Below, piece by piece: positions 53,530 through 64,000 of a DNA stretch of 64,000 nucleotides. The DNA comes from Octopus vulgaris. Taxonomy: Eukaryota. The stretch is from the NCBI GenBank assembly GCA_951406725.2, contig OX597823.1, positions 93,558,001-93,622,000 on the forward strand. Direction: 5' to 3'. The notes below the pieces were generated by a model that saw only the letters and a list, made by a program, of their open reading frames with translations, was not told the DNA's origin and ran no database searches. Numbering within the stretch: position 1 is the stretch's first letter; every line of letters begins with the position of its first letter. Both the position numbers and the translations under genes were made by a program.

Positions 53530-54338
53530 CCGTTAACATGGATAATTCAATAAACAGTACCAGGGTAGCAAAATTCACGCAAGTAACAAGGATGTAGCTA
53601 CCTATTCAAAGGTAGAAACTCCGGGTTAATGTGCAGTAATTTTTATAGTATAAGTAAATAAATGGACTCGAACGCAGATGTTATTCAATTTCTTTTACTT
53701 TCGACATATGTTTCGAAGACAACATTGGTTTGATTCCAAAGGAATAAACGGTGTCAAATAATGTAATCTTCTTATCAGGAAAGAAAGAGAACCCATCTCA
53801 ACAACAAGACATTATAACAATTTTGATGACTGCATAAATGATAAACAGAACGCTATTAAGTATTTTTAAAAAAACGTTAGTAGATCCGACGTCAAAGGCA
53901 GACCCTTGGAAGAGAAGGGGGTAAAGAAATAATAAGTAGAGAACAAATAAAGAGGGATATATCGATTGAAAAAATGTTCAAAGGCTTGGAAGTAGATTTC
54001 TCTATTCAAGTAAAGCGCAAGTTGAACTAAATGTTCAAACTATACAGACTGGTATAAATCACTTATATGAGCTAAAGGTATGCTTCTGCCAGTGCTTCCG
54101 TTTGTGAGATCGCTCTATAAGTGTGTTAACAAGGTAATTCTTAGGGAAGAGAATATGGAAGAGTTCAGAGTTGTAAATGTTACACAATCCTTTGCCCTTG
54201 TCATAAGGGGAAGAGATGGACAGGATGAACCAATCTAAATAAAAATCCTTATTGTTGTCTTTAAGATACCGAACCAATTTGCTAGGCCTGGGCTATTACG
54301 TTTACTGCTATCCCTAAATGAAGAATGATGATTGGAAA
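53530..54338 (-). mobile_element. PLE 3' fragment (GIY-YIG C-terminus, 3' UTR and hammerhead)
   Basis: NHHSSFRDSSKRNSPGLAN /1-nt frameshift/ LVRYLKDNNKDFYLDWFIL...PY...LCNIYNSELFHIL...LVN...E.SHKRKH matches the PLE GIY-YIG C-terminal pattern. A hammerhead lies downstream on the same strand. The left boundary is approximate. Confidence 0.8.
53698..53783 (-). ncRNA. Type I hammerhead ribozyme (PLE-associated)
   Basis: Minus strand: CTTTC-CTGATAA-GAAGA...TCTTC-GAAAC-ATAT-GTC-GAAAG. Stem I CTTTC/GAAAG, stem II GAAGA/TCTTC, palindromic stem III ACATATGT, GUC cleavage triplet. One core substitution (G8->A). Confidence 0.8.
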
Positions 54339-54375
54339 TATATATATATATGAGTGTGTGTGTATATGTGTGTCA

Positions 54376-54415
<40 letters not shown>

Positions 54416-55360
54416 ATGTACTAGCCTCAAAGCCGCCCCGTCAGGTTCTTCTAAGCTAGCTCCTGTGGAGAGCTCTTCATTAGGCATTGGGCCCAACAAT
54501 GCCACCTCATGCATTGAGTACATATAAAATTCTATTCAACTTGAAGAATATGTTTCAAGCAATGAACATTTTTCAGCAACACAATGATATAATTTGTCGA
54601 CTTGTAACTTATTGCAAACCCACATGAAGACCACCACCATCGCAACCACACCTGCCCGGCACACACCACTCGGACTTCTGGCGTCACCACCATCAATGCC
54701 TTTGACTTCGCCACCTTCCACGCCACCACCATCATCACTGTCCTTCACGTCACTTACTCTCGCTGTCATCCCTGACCGCCTTGGCTACCACCACCACCAC
54801 CATCATAACCGACGCTTTCACCTCTATGACTACAGCTCATACTCTTACTATCACAAAAGGCTAAATGTATGTGTAAAAGAATTGTTTTCAGTATGTTAGT
54901 TCAGTGTTCAGTCCCTCCTTCTCTCACATACCAATCTTTCTATCTCTCTTATTATTACTCCCACTGCCACCATCAATTCTATACTACTTTGAATTAAAAA
55001 AATGTCAGGAACTCTCCCTAAATTTTCCCTCTTTTTCTTTTTCTTTCTGTCTCTCGCTCTCTTCGCCACCTACCTGACCGTCTTTATGCCTACGATTACT
55101 CTCACCCCAGCATGAGCAATAGTAGGAGTGTCAATGAATAGTGAGACAGGGGGTTGAAGTGTGACACACTGACTCACAGATATCAGTTTTCGCATTTACT
55201 ATATTAAAGATATATATATATCTGCGTGAATTAGGAAATGCTGACAACTGAAATTTTGCAATTAGAATTATAAGCCTTGACGTATAATTACCATATAGTC
55301 AATATATGGGGAAGTCATATCGTTCTATTTATAAAGTATATGCATGTGTAGAAAGATATA

Positions 55361-55439
55361 GACAGACAGACAGACAGATAGATAGATAGATTGATAGATT
55401 GATAGATAGATAGATAGAAAGAAAGAAAGAAAGAAAGAG

Positions 55440-55512
<73 letters not shown>
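55361..55512 (+). repeat. (GATA)n microsatellite (resumes at 56540-56623; other tracts at 2031-2100, 3645-3714 and 61389-61496)
   Basis: Directly visible. Confidence 0.95.
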
Positions 55513-55513
<1 letters not shown>

Positions 55514-56539
55514 GTTTCTTTAGTGGCCACACAGGGCTGCACACAGATGGGACAAGTTACAAGGTAGAGGTTTTCTTTTGGGGGGTGAAAAAAACAAAAA
55601 ACAAAATAAACAAAAAAAAGAAAGGGGTGGCGTAGGTTTTCGATCAAGAGGGATCGTAAAAGGAAAGAAAAGAACAAAAAAAATAAATAAAATTAAATTA
55701 AAAAAAAGAAGAAAAGGAAAAGGAACAAAAGAAAAGAGAAATGAAAAAAGAAGAAAAAAGGGGAAAAAAGGGAAGAGGAAAAAAAGAAAACGATCAATAG
55801 GGATCGTGTATCACAGTGTTATGATATATGGTGTAAAGGGGAAAGCAAGTAAGGTTTATCCGTGGGAAGAAAAGCCTACGAAAAAGACCACGGTAACCTT
55901 GGTCAATATTGTTATATGTTACCACATTTGTTTGCAAGTGGGTAACCCTCTGTTTTCAATTTCTGGGTTCATAGGATTATGCTCAAGGTGGCTTCGTCAT
56001 TCATACGTGCCATCCTTGCTACATTCAGCCATCTTTTTTTAAAACATTCGCTAGACAAAACTCGCCTCTCTACTCTCACTTTCCTTTTCAAGTGGTACTT
56101 GAAGAAGTTGATGAGAGATTGACCAGAGAGGAAAGTGTTTGTCTCCAATCCTTTCAGACGCGTCCACCAGATACATTCTTTTGCCATAGCCACAAGGATG
56201 ATGAAAATAGCTCTTCCTTCCCGTTTGAAGGAAGGAGGCGTGACAATATTGACGATAGACTCAGCTGATAAACCGACTCGTCCCACACGTGACAGCAGTT
56301 GTTCGACATAAGCCCACAGGTCGGAAATTGTTGGACACTGCACGCGTGCGTGCAGAACGGTTTCGTCGCTCTGACTGCATCTCGGGCAGGTCGGCCCCGT
56401 GTTTCTCGAGCCGTGTCTGTAGAGCTTATCCCGAACGGGTAACGCTTCTCGGTAGCACTGCCAGGCCAGGGATCTCTGGAAGTTGTCCATGGGCCCTGGC
56501 CCGAAAGTCGTCCCGAATAGGCGGGTCAGGTACTCCTCG
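55513..56539 (-). mobile_element. 5'-truncated L1/Tx1-clade non-LTR retrotransposon inserted in (GATA)n
   Basis: ORF2 C-terminus with zf-RVT-type motif, then a ~450-bp pyrimidine-rich 3' UTR. (GATA)n tracts flank both sides. Confidence 0.88.
55969..56538 (-). CDS. L1/Tx1-type ORF2 C-terminal fragment (zinc-binding region downstream of RT)
   Basis: W...REALPVRDKL...TCPRCSQSDETVLHARVQCP....W...AKECIW..R...F..RW. The frame stays open up to the truncation point (EEYLTRLFGTTFGPGPMD...). Confidence 0.85.
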   Translation of the reverse strand, partial: EEYLTRLFGTTFGPGPMDNFQRSLAWQCYREALPVRDKLYRHGSRNTGPTCPRCSQSDETVLHARVQCPTISDLWAYVEQLLSRVGRVGLSAESIVNIVTPPSFKREGRAIFIILVAMAKECIWWTRLKGLETNTFLSGQSLINFFKYHLKRKVRVERRVLSSECFKKRWLNVARMARMNDEATLSIIL

Positions 56540-56550
56540 TAGATAGGTAA

Positions 56551-56624
<74 letters not shown>

Positions 56625-56973
56625 TAATCCTTCGTTATCACACGCTTATGTCTCAAAAACATTTGACGACACATGAGCTAATTTAGCGTAGTTTCAGTCA
56701 ATGCGATCAATGCAGGTGGGACGCTCTCTTCCTTATCAAAGTTTCCACAGGATTAAGACCGAACTTCGGCTATACAAAAACAGAACACCAACACACAAAT
56801 AATCAAATAAATACAAACAAAATTTTACCTGAAGAATGGAAAATACTTATTAATGTTGGTTTCCCTCATTTATTACTTCTGCTTCGTATTTCTCAAAATC
56901 CTACATCAAATTTCCATCTTTTTCACTCAGTCTCACTGTACCTACCTTTACCCGTTACATTTAGAGTTTCTCC

Positions 56974-57025
<52 letters not shown>

Positions 57026-57145
57026 CATTTACACACATACACACATAAAATACATATACATATATAAATGTATGCACACACACATATAAATATGTAAATA
57101 TATGTATATTATATATTTATATATCGTATATATATACATATATAC

Positions 57146-57195
<50 letters not shown>

Positions 57196-58288
57196 TTATG
57201 TGTGTGTGAGTGTGTGTGAGTGTGTGTCTGTCCATCTTCCAATTGTTTGCACTCTCGTATACTACGTTAATCTATAAAGATTCTACATTTTGTAAGATTT
57301 TATCTCTTCTTCCATCTACACAACCTGGTGTTTTTCTCTTCCATCAATCATCCTTTACGATCTCTGAAATTATCATTTTTTTTTTCTCATATCATTTATA
57401 TCACGCTCCATCATCTTCTCTATATCTCGACTCTATATTTATTTTACCTCTGTGTAATGCACCATTCACTTCTTTCATCAGAAATACTTGCAGTCTCTCA
57501 ATACCTTATGTAAAATATCCTTTTGTATTTATCTCCCATCCTCTCCGTCCAAGAAATTCCCCACCATTCTCCATCTATCTAATCTATATATTGATCTTTC
57601 TACCTATCATTCTATGTAGCTGTCTCGCTATATTCATATGCGTGTGTGTGTTTGTGTGTGTTTATGTATGTAACGTAAAGGAACGCGATCAGGTACCTGA
57701 TATTATTCAGATCTGGCTAACCACATTGAATGATAGGTTACACTCAGAATCGTTTAAGATAAACAATTAAACATTTTTCACTTGATAAATAAAACCTGAG
57801 ATCACTTCATTGGTTTTCATACACGGTATATAATGAAGATGTCATAAAGAAGAATAATACATCTTCAAACTTGCCTATTATAGAATTGTTCTCTATTAAT
57901 TCAAATCCGACACGTGTTTCTGTTGTATAGGTGACCTCCTTGTGTCCTTTGATGTAGCAGTCATGTGCATTTAGATGATTTCGATTAAATCAACTTCAGT
58001 GCATATTAATCCAAAGTCTGACGTTCTTATGTGGCTTTGTCCAGTGTGTTACCCGTACGAATTAATGAAGCGAACTGAGGCTCGAAGTATTATCTATGTA
58101 TACTTAAAGTATATTCTAGATGAACGAATATAAAGTGTCAGGATACATGAGAGGAGAGAATGTGATGAAATAAGATATGACTATAATTCTAGTATCGCTC
58201 AAAATTAGAATGACCTTTTTCGATATTAAGGGAACATATTATTTTATTACACTCATTAATACAACAAGCGTTAATTAGATCGGGATAC

Positions 58289-58702
58289 CTTTACTCTTTT
58301 ACTCTTTTACTTGTTTCAGTCATTTGACTGCGGCCATGCTGGAGCACCGCCTTTAATCGAGCAACTCGATCCCGGGACTTATTCTTTTGTAAGCCCAGTA
58401 CTTATTCTATCGGTCTCTTTTTGCCGAACCGCTAAGTAACGGGGACATAAACACACCAGCATCGGTTGTCAAGCAATGCTAGGAGGACAAACACAGACAC
58501 ACAAACACACACACTCATATCTATATATATACATATATACGACGGGCTTCTTTCAGTTTCCGTCTACCAAATCCACTCACAAGGCTTTGGTCGGCCCGAG
58601 GCTATAGTAGAAGACACTTGCCCAAGGTGTCATGCAGTGGGACTGAACCCGGAACCATGTGGTTGATAAACAAGCTACTTACCACACAGCCACTCCTGCG
58701 CC
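58289..58702 (-). mobile_element. tRNA-derived SINE, family A (full length)
   Basis: Reverse complement closely matches 24803-25209. Confidence 0.9.
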
Positions 58703-59519
58703 TATACTGCGCCTTCACACCATTGATGGTTCATAACGAAGATATTACTACACAATATTACATAAATGGACAGAATTAGTTTCAGACTAACACATGGCAA
58801 CAGAGTTATCTATTTTATGAGAATATTTCAAGTCTACTATTATTTAATATGAATAAAATAAAGCAAAATTGGAAATGACAATATAATTGGAGTTTTAGAT
58901 TAGTGGAAATTCGTTAGGATATAACTTAAATAATTGATGATCATTTGACAACATTGATTTATATGCCTTTAATCCACGTAATTTCAAATTGAAATTACTT
59001 ATTTGGAAAATACATAAAAACTTTTCTAAATGAATGTGTGCATTTTAAAGCTAAATCGTTTCTAAGATTTATTAACCTGCAATTATAGGCAAGAATACGG
59101 AATATAACTTTTGATTGCGATGGACTAACTTGCTTACCGAAAAGAAACATTTATTTCGTCAGTTTCTCCATTTTTTTTTGGGGGGGGGGCGATCCTTTTA
59201 AATTTATCTATTTATCTCACCTCTTATCCCAAACTAATGAATTGCAACATCCGGAAAAACAATGATGCCTGAGTACATCAGTCGAAATAGGCAAACCTTG
59301 TCTTCGCTGAATATCGTTGGCTGAACGAGGGTCACAATGAAAGCAGAGAAAATGCTGGCCTGGCTTAAGCATCCGATAAAGAAACAGGAAAGTCCAAAGA
59401 GAAAGAAGGACATATAGGAAAAAAACGCCAACAGTCCACGTGCGGTTACATTTCTGGAGTGACCGGAAGTCAGTATGTGTGTGTATGTATATATCTACGC
59501 TTGTATGTGTGTATATCTA

Positions 59520-59608
<89 letters not shown>

Positions 59609-59887
59609 TTTGTGTGTATCAACATTTAAGTTGTTGAGCTGGCAGAATCGTTAACACGCCGGACAAAATGCTTAATGGCATTTTTGCTTGTGCTACCGTT
59701 CTTTGTTCAAATTCCACTGGGGTCGTCTTAGCTTTCCACCCTTCCTGGTTTGAAAAAGTAAGTACCAGCTGAGGACAGGAATCCATGCATTCGACTAGAC
59801 CCCGCCACTCTCAAATTTTCAGACCTTTACTTATATAGGAACGGATATATTCAGCTGTATTCATTCGAATATGTATTTATGTGTAGG

Positions 59888-60271
59888 TGGAGGCGCAATG
59901 GCCCAGTAGTTAGGGCAGCGGACTCGCGGTCATAGGATCGCGGTTTCGATTCCCAGACCGGGCGTTGTGAGTGTTTATTGAGCGAAAACACCTAAAGCTC
60001 CACGAGGCTCCGGCAGGGGATGGTGGTGATTCCTGCTGTACTCTTTCACCACAACTTTCTCTCACTCTTACTTCATGTTTCCGTTGTACCTGTATTTCAA
60101 AGGGCCGGCCTTGTCATTCTCTGTATCACGCTGAATATCCCCGAGAACTACGTTAAGGGTACACGTGTCTGTGGAGGGCTCAGCCACTAACATGTTAATT
60201 TCACGAGCAGGCTGTTCCGTTGATTCGGATCAACCGGAACCCTCGTCGTCGTAACCAACGGAGTGCTTCCA
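59888..60271 (+). mobile_element. tRNA-derived SINE, family B (full length)
   Basis: GGAGGCGCAATGGCCCAGTAG (A box)...GGTTTCGATTCCC (B box)...; ends GAACCCTCGTCGTCGTAACCAACGGAGTGC. Confidence 0.9.
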
Positions 60272-60422
60272 TATGTGTAGACGAATTTTTAATCACTTTG
60301 AAATAACTGCGCAATGGAGACAGGTTTCTTTTCATGGCAACCAAACAAATATGTATGTCTGCTAATGTACAGGCATACGGCCAATTTATAATGTACACAT
60401 ACTGTACATACCTATATATACA

Positions 60423-60490
<68 letters not shown>

Positions 60491-60510
60491 CACATATTTA
60501 TATATAGATA

Positions 60511-60557
<47 letters not shown>

Positions 60558-61307
60558 AATTATTTATAGGTATGTATATAAACAGACAATTCTTCTGTGT
60601 GCATGCGAGCGTGAATGATTATGAGTGTTTGGGTGTGTTCAACAAGACAGGAACTAAACTAAATTTACCAATACAAAACATACTAATAAAACTGTCAACT
60701 CGAACTCAAAACTTGTGACACATTGAACCTAGCGTCTATTTAGAGAGCAATTGATATGAATGTTCGTGTCTATATGTTCAAAGCTCTTTCACAATAATTT
60801 TCATTATATCCTCAGAGCATATTTACCAAGTCACCATTAAATCAAGTGAAAAAGCGATGCTATTGTCTGCTGGGTAACAAAATAAAATACGGAAATTATC
60901 GTTTTTAAATTAAAATGCACAGTAATACAATATAATCTGCGTGTTATTATTCTGCAATAAATTGTTTTACGATCGCTTTGATCTTTAACAGTTATACTAA
61001 CAAACGACAGTGCCAAATGTTATCAGTCTCATGTATATGTAAACATACCAATACACATATATGTATGTATATAAGCGTATATATATATATGTGTGTGTGT
61101 GTGCGTGTGAGTGTTTGTATACATATGTACATATAAGCATATTTTCGTATGTATATAAGCGTATATATATATGTGTGTGTGTGTGTGTGTATGTATATAT
61201 ATTCACATATTCATACGTTCATATATACATATATACATATACATTTTTACATATATATATATGAATATATATATTTATATATACATACATATATGCATAT
61301 ATACATT

Positions 61308-61345
<38 letters not shown>

Positions 61346-61395
61346 TATATTCGTACCAGTGCAGATATACTGCGTATATTGATACGCAGATAGAC

Positions 61396-61496
<101 letters not shown>

Positions 61497-61803
61497 TTGC
61501 TTCTGCAATTATTTCAGCTGATTGCTTTCCACTGCAGCTTGATCAGGCAGCATGACACCTTGTGTTTGCATCATGTGAGTAATCGAAGAATCCTGCGAAA
61601 ACTTTGGACGGAATGTACATGTAGTTTTAAGTTGCACACCTCTCGCAAACTTGTGTAACAGCTCTCGTTCCTTGCGATAATCTAAAATGTTCACGTGATC
61701 GCGGAAAACGGAGATTTACTACTAGGTAATTCTCTAAACAAGCACTTCTTGCTGAATAGAGATGAGAGTTCTCATTGACGCCATGTTATAATATATCAAC
61801 AAT

Positions 61804-62150
61804 GGCGCAGAAGTGGCTATGTGGTAAGTAGCTTGCTTACCAACTACATGGTTCCGGGTTCAGTCCCACTGCGGTAAGTGTCTTCTACTATAGCATCGGG
61901 CCGACCAATGCCTTGTGAGTGGATTTGGTATATATATATACATATATGTGTGTTTGTGTGTCTGTGTTTGTCCCCCCAACATCGCTTGACAACCGATGCT
62001 GATGTATTTACGTCTCGGTAACTTAGCGGTTCGGCAAAAGGGACCGATAGAATAAGTACTAGGCTTACAAAGAATAAGTCCTAGGGTCGATTTGCTCGAC
62101 TAAAGGCGGTGCTCCAGATGACTGAAACAAGTAAAAGAGTAAAAGAGTAA
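61804..62150 (+). mobile_element. tRNA-derived SINE, family A (with internal deletions)
   Basis: Same head and tail as 24803-25209. Confidence 0.88.
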
Positions 62151-62587
62151 TGGTACAGAGCTATTTTTACTCCATATTAGACTGCAAAACATACGTCTTA
62201 CACCGACGTGGCTATGTTATAAGAAGACTGTTTCTCAACCAGATGCTTCCAGGTTCGGTCCCACTGCGGCACAATTGTCGCGGCATCAGGCAAAATGTTT
62301 AGCGGTACGTCGTCTCAATTTAAGATTTGATTTCAAACGTTGCCGGGATCCATTTTACCTTTCTTCTTTTCGTGCTCGATGAAATAAGTACCCAGATTAG
62401 CACGGGGACTGATGCAATTTACTTAACTCTTTCCTCGAAATTGCTGGCCGCGTGCCCAATATTTGACAATATTCAAACCCATTATCATAAATACATATAT
62501 ATACATATATATACATACATATATGCGCATGTATTTCTTCATATATGTATATACATACTTATACATACAAACACACACTCACACACA

Positions 62588-62640
<53 letters not shown>

Positions 62641-62996
62641 CACATTAATATTTCCTCAGATCAGAATAGATAAATTGTTATTTACTTACGAGGACGTCTG
62701 AAAAAAAAAACTTATCATTATGACTATTAATAATTTTAAATGTATTCATGTTAATAATATCAGAGCGGAATTCTTTTAAAAAAGGAAGAAAAAAAAGCCA
62801 AAGCTTGTTTAGTGAGATACATAGCGACATTATATAACGTAAAATTTTCTAACTAAATTTAACAGAAGCCCTGTTTTGGCTAGAAGTAAAGCGGAATAGA
62901 ACTTTTTAAAAATCAATAAACCTTAATAGTGTGCGCTTGCGTGTGTGTGTGTGTTTTGTATACACACAGAGAGGAAAATAGATAGGTAGATAATTT

Positions 62997-63039
<43 letters not shown>

Positions 63040-63178
63040 ACCTGTAAACATACACATAAATATATATAGAAAGAAAGATACATATGTGTGCATCTAGGCG
63101 TACGTTATATACGTATATATATATTCATACGTATATCTGCTTACATATCATATATATACATACTTGTATTCATATATA

Positions 63179-63214
<36 letters not shown>

Positions 63215-63637
63215 TGTATGTATGTATGTATGTATGTATGTATGTATGTGTGTGTTTTGTATGTATTACGTATATATATGAAATTCAGGAACGAAATATG
63301 AGTGAAAAATATATTTAATATTACCCAGATAATTTGCACACCACATATAAAGTGGAGAAAGAAAGAAATACATTAGGTGCCGAAGTTCTTTCTAAACCGA
63401 AAAAAAATATTATTTTTATTTGCTAGGAATTTTATGCAAGTAAGCTGTAATTTTTGATTGATTTTTACGTAATCCTGACATAATATAGTAGCAGTTATCT
63501 TCATTGAATTCTTGTGAATTAAATTTAGAAAGCTGAGGTGACTGGTATGAATTTTGTATATTAGATAGGGAGAATAGAGAAATATACCTGTGTTATTTAG
63601 ATAACATGTCTGTACGTAGCGAGATGTTATTAAATAA

Positions 63638-63921
63638 CTGTGGTTTTCAACCTAGATCCAGATGACCCTGGAGTTTCCAGAAAATAATTTTGGAGCCTCT
63701 GCAAGTAAAACAGTAAATTGGTGACACAGCGAAATAAAGTGTCCCTGGAAAAAAATTGTTTTAGATGTAATTATTACAAGAAACATCTAGTTACTCCCAC
63801 GAACGTTCTATATAATTAGTTTCAAAAGCAAAATAGGGATCTATAAAATTAGTTTATGACCATCGAATGGATATGGGTGTCCGCCAATTATAGAATATTA
63901 AACAAAGTTGAGAAACCCCTG
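63638..63921. mobile_element. Old hAT-like MITE
   Basis: Ends CTGTGGTTTTCAACCT ... AGTTGAGAAACCCCTG resemble hAT/Charlie-type CAGGGGTTCTCAACCT TIRs. No clean TSD. Confidence 0.45.
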
Positions 63922-64000
63922 TGTAATTTACAGAACACCGTGTTATAACATAGATTTATTGTACTAGTGTGTTCTCTTTTTTCTTATTTCCACAACCAAG

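Noticed and set aside
55578-56042. Lys-rich 154-aa ORF
   Set aside because: Antisense of the T-rich LINE 3' UTR.
61509-61710. Complex-looking 61-aa ORF on the minus strand
   Set aside because: No recognisable motif or splice context.

Overview
AT-rich eukaryotic non-coding DNA, very dense in microsatellites ((TA)n, (CA)n, (GATA)n, (TACA)n, (ATT)n, (ATC)n). The repeat make-up is most consistent with a coleoid cephalopod, probably Octopus (inference). No host protein-coding gene, rRNA, tRNA or CRISPR array is supported, and nearly all listed ORFs are microsatellite read-through. The real coding content is retrotransposon debris. (1) A young, 5'-truncated Penelope-like element (PLE; RT C-terminus plus GIY-YIG) with ~495-bp inverted terminal repeats carrying a hammerhead-like motif (21.4-23.6 kb). 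(2) Further PLE fragments, one with a near-canonical hammerhead ribozyme (53.7 kb). (3) An L1/Tx1-type LINE 3' end sitting in a (GATA)n tract. (4) Two R4/Dong-type RLE LINE fragments and a CR1-like remnant. Also present are three tRNA-type SINE families in many copies, non-autonomous Helitrons, and several MITE/foldback elements, including a Merlin-like MITE with internal TTAGGG repeats. The most notable observations are a shared 3' tail between one SINE family and the Tx1-type LINE, non-canonical hammerhead cores in PLE termini, and apparent microsatellite-targeted insertions. All alignments and foldings were done by eye.
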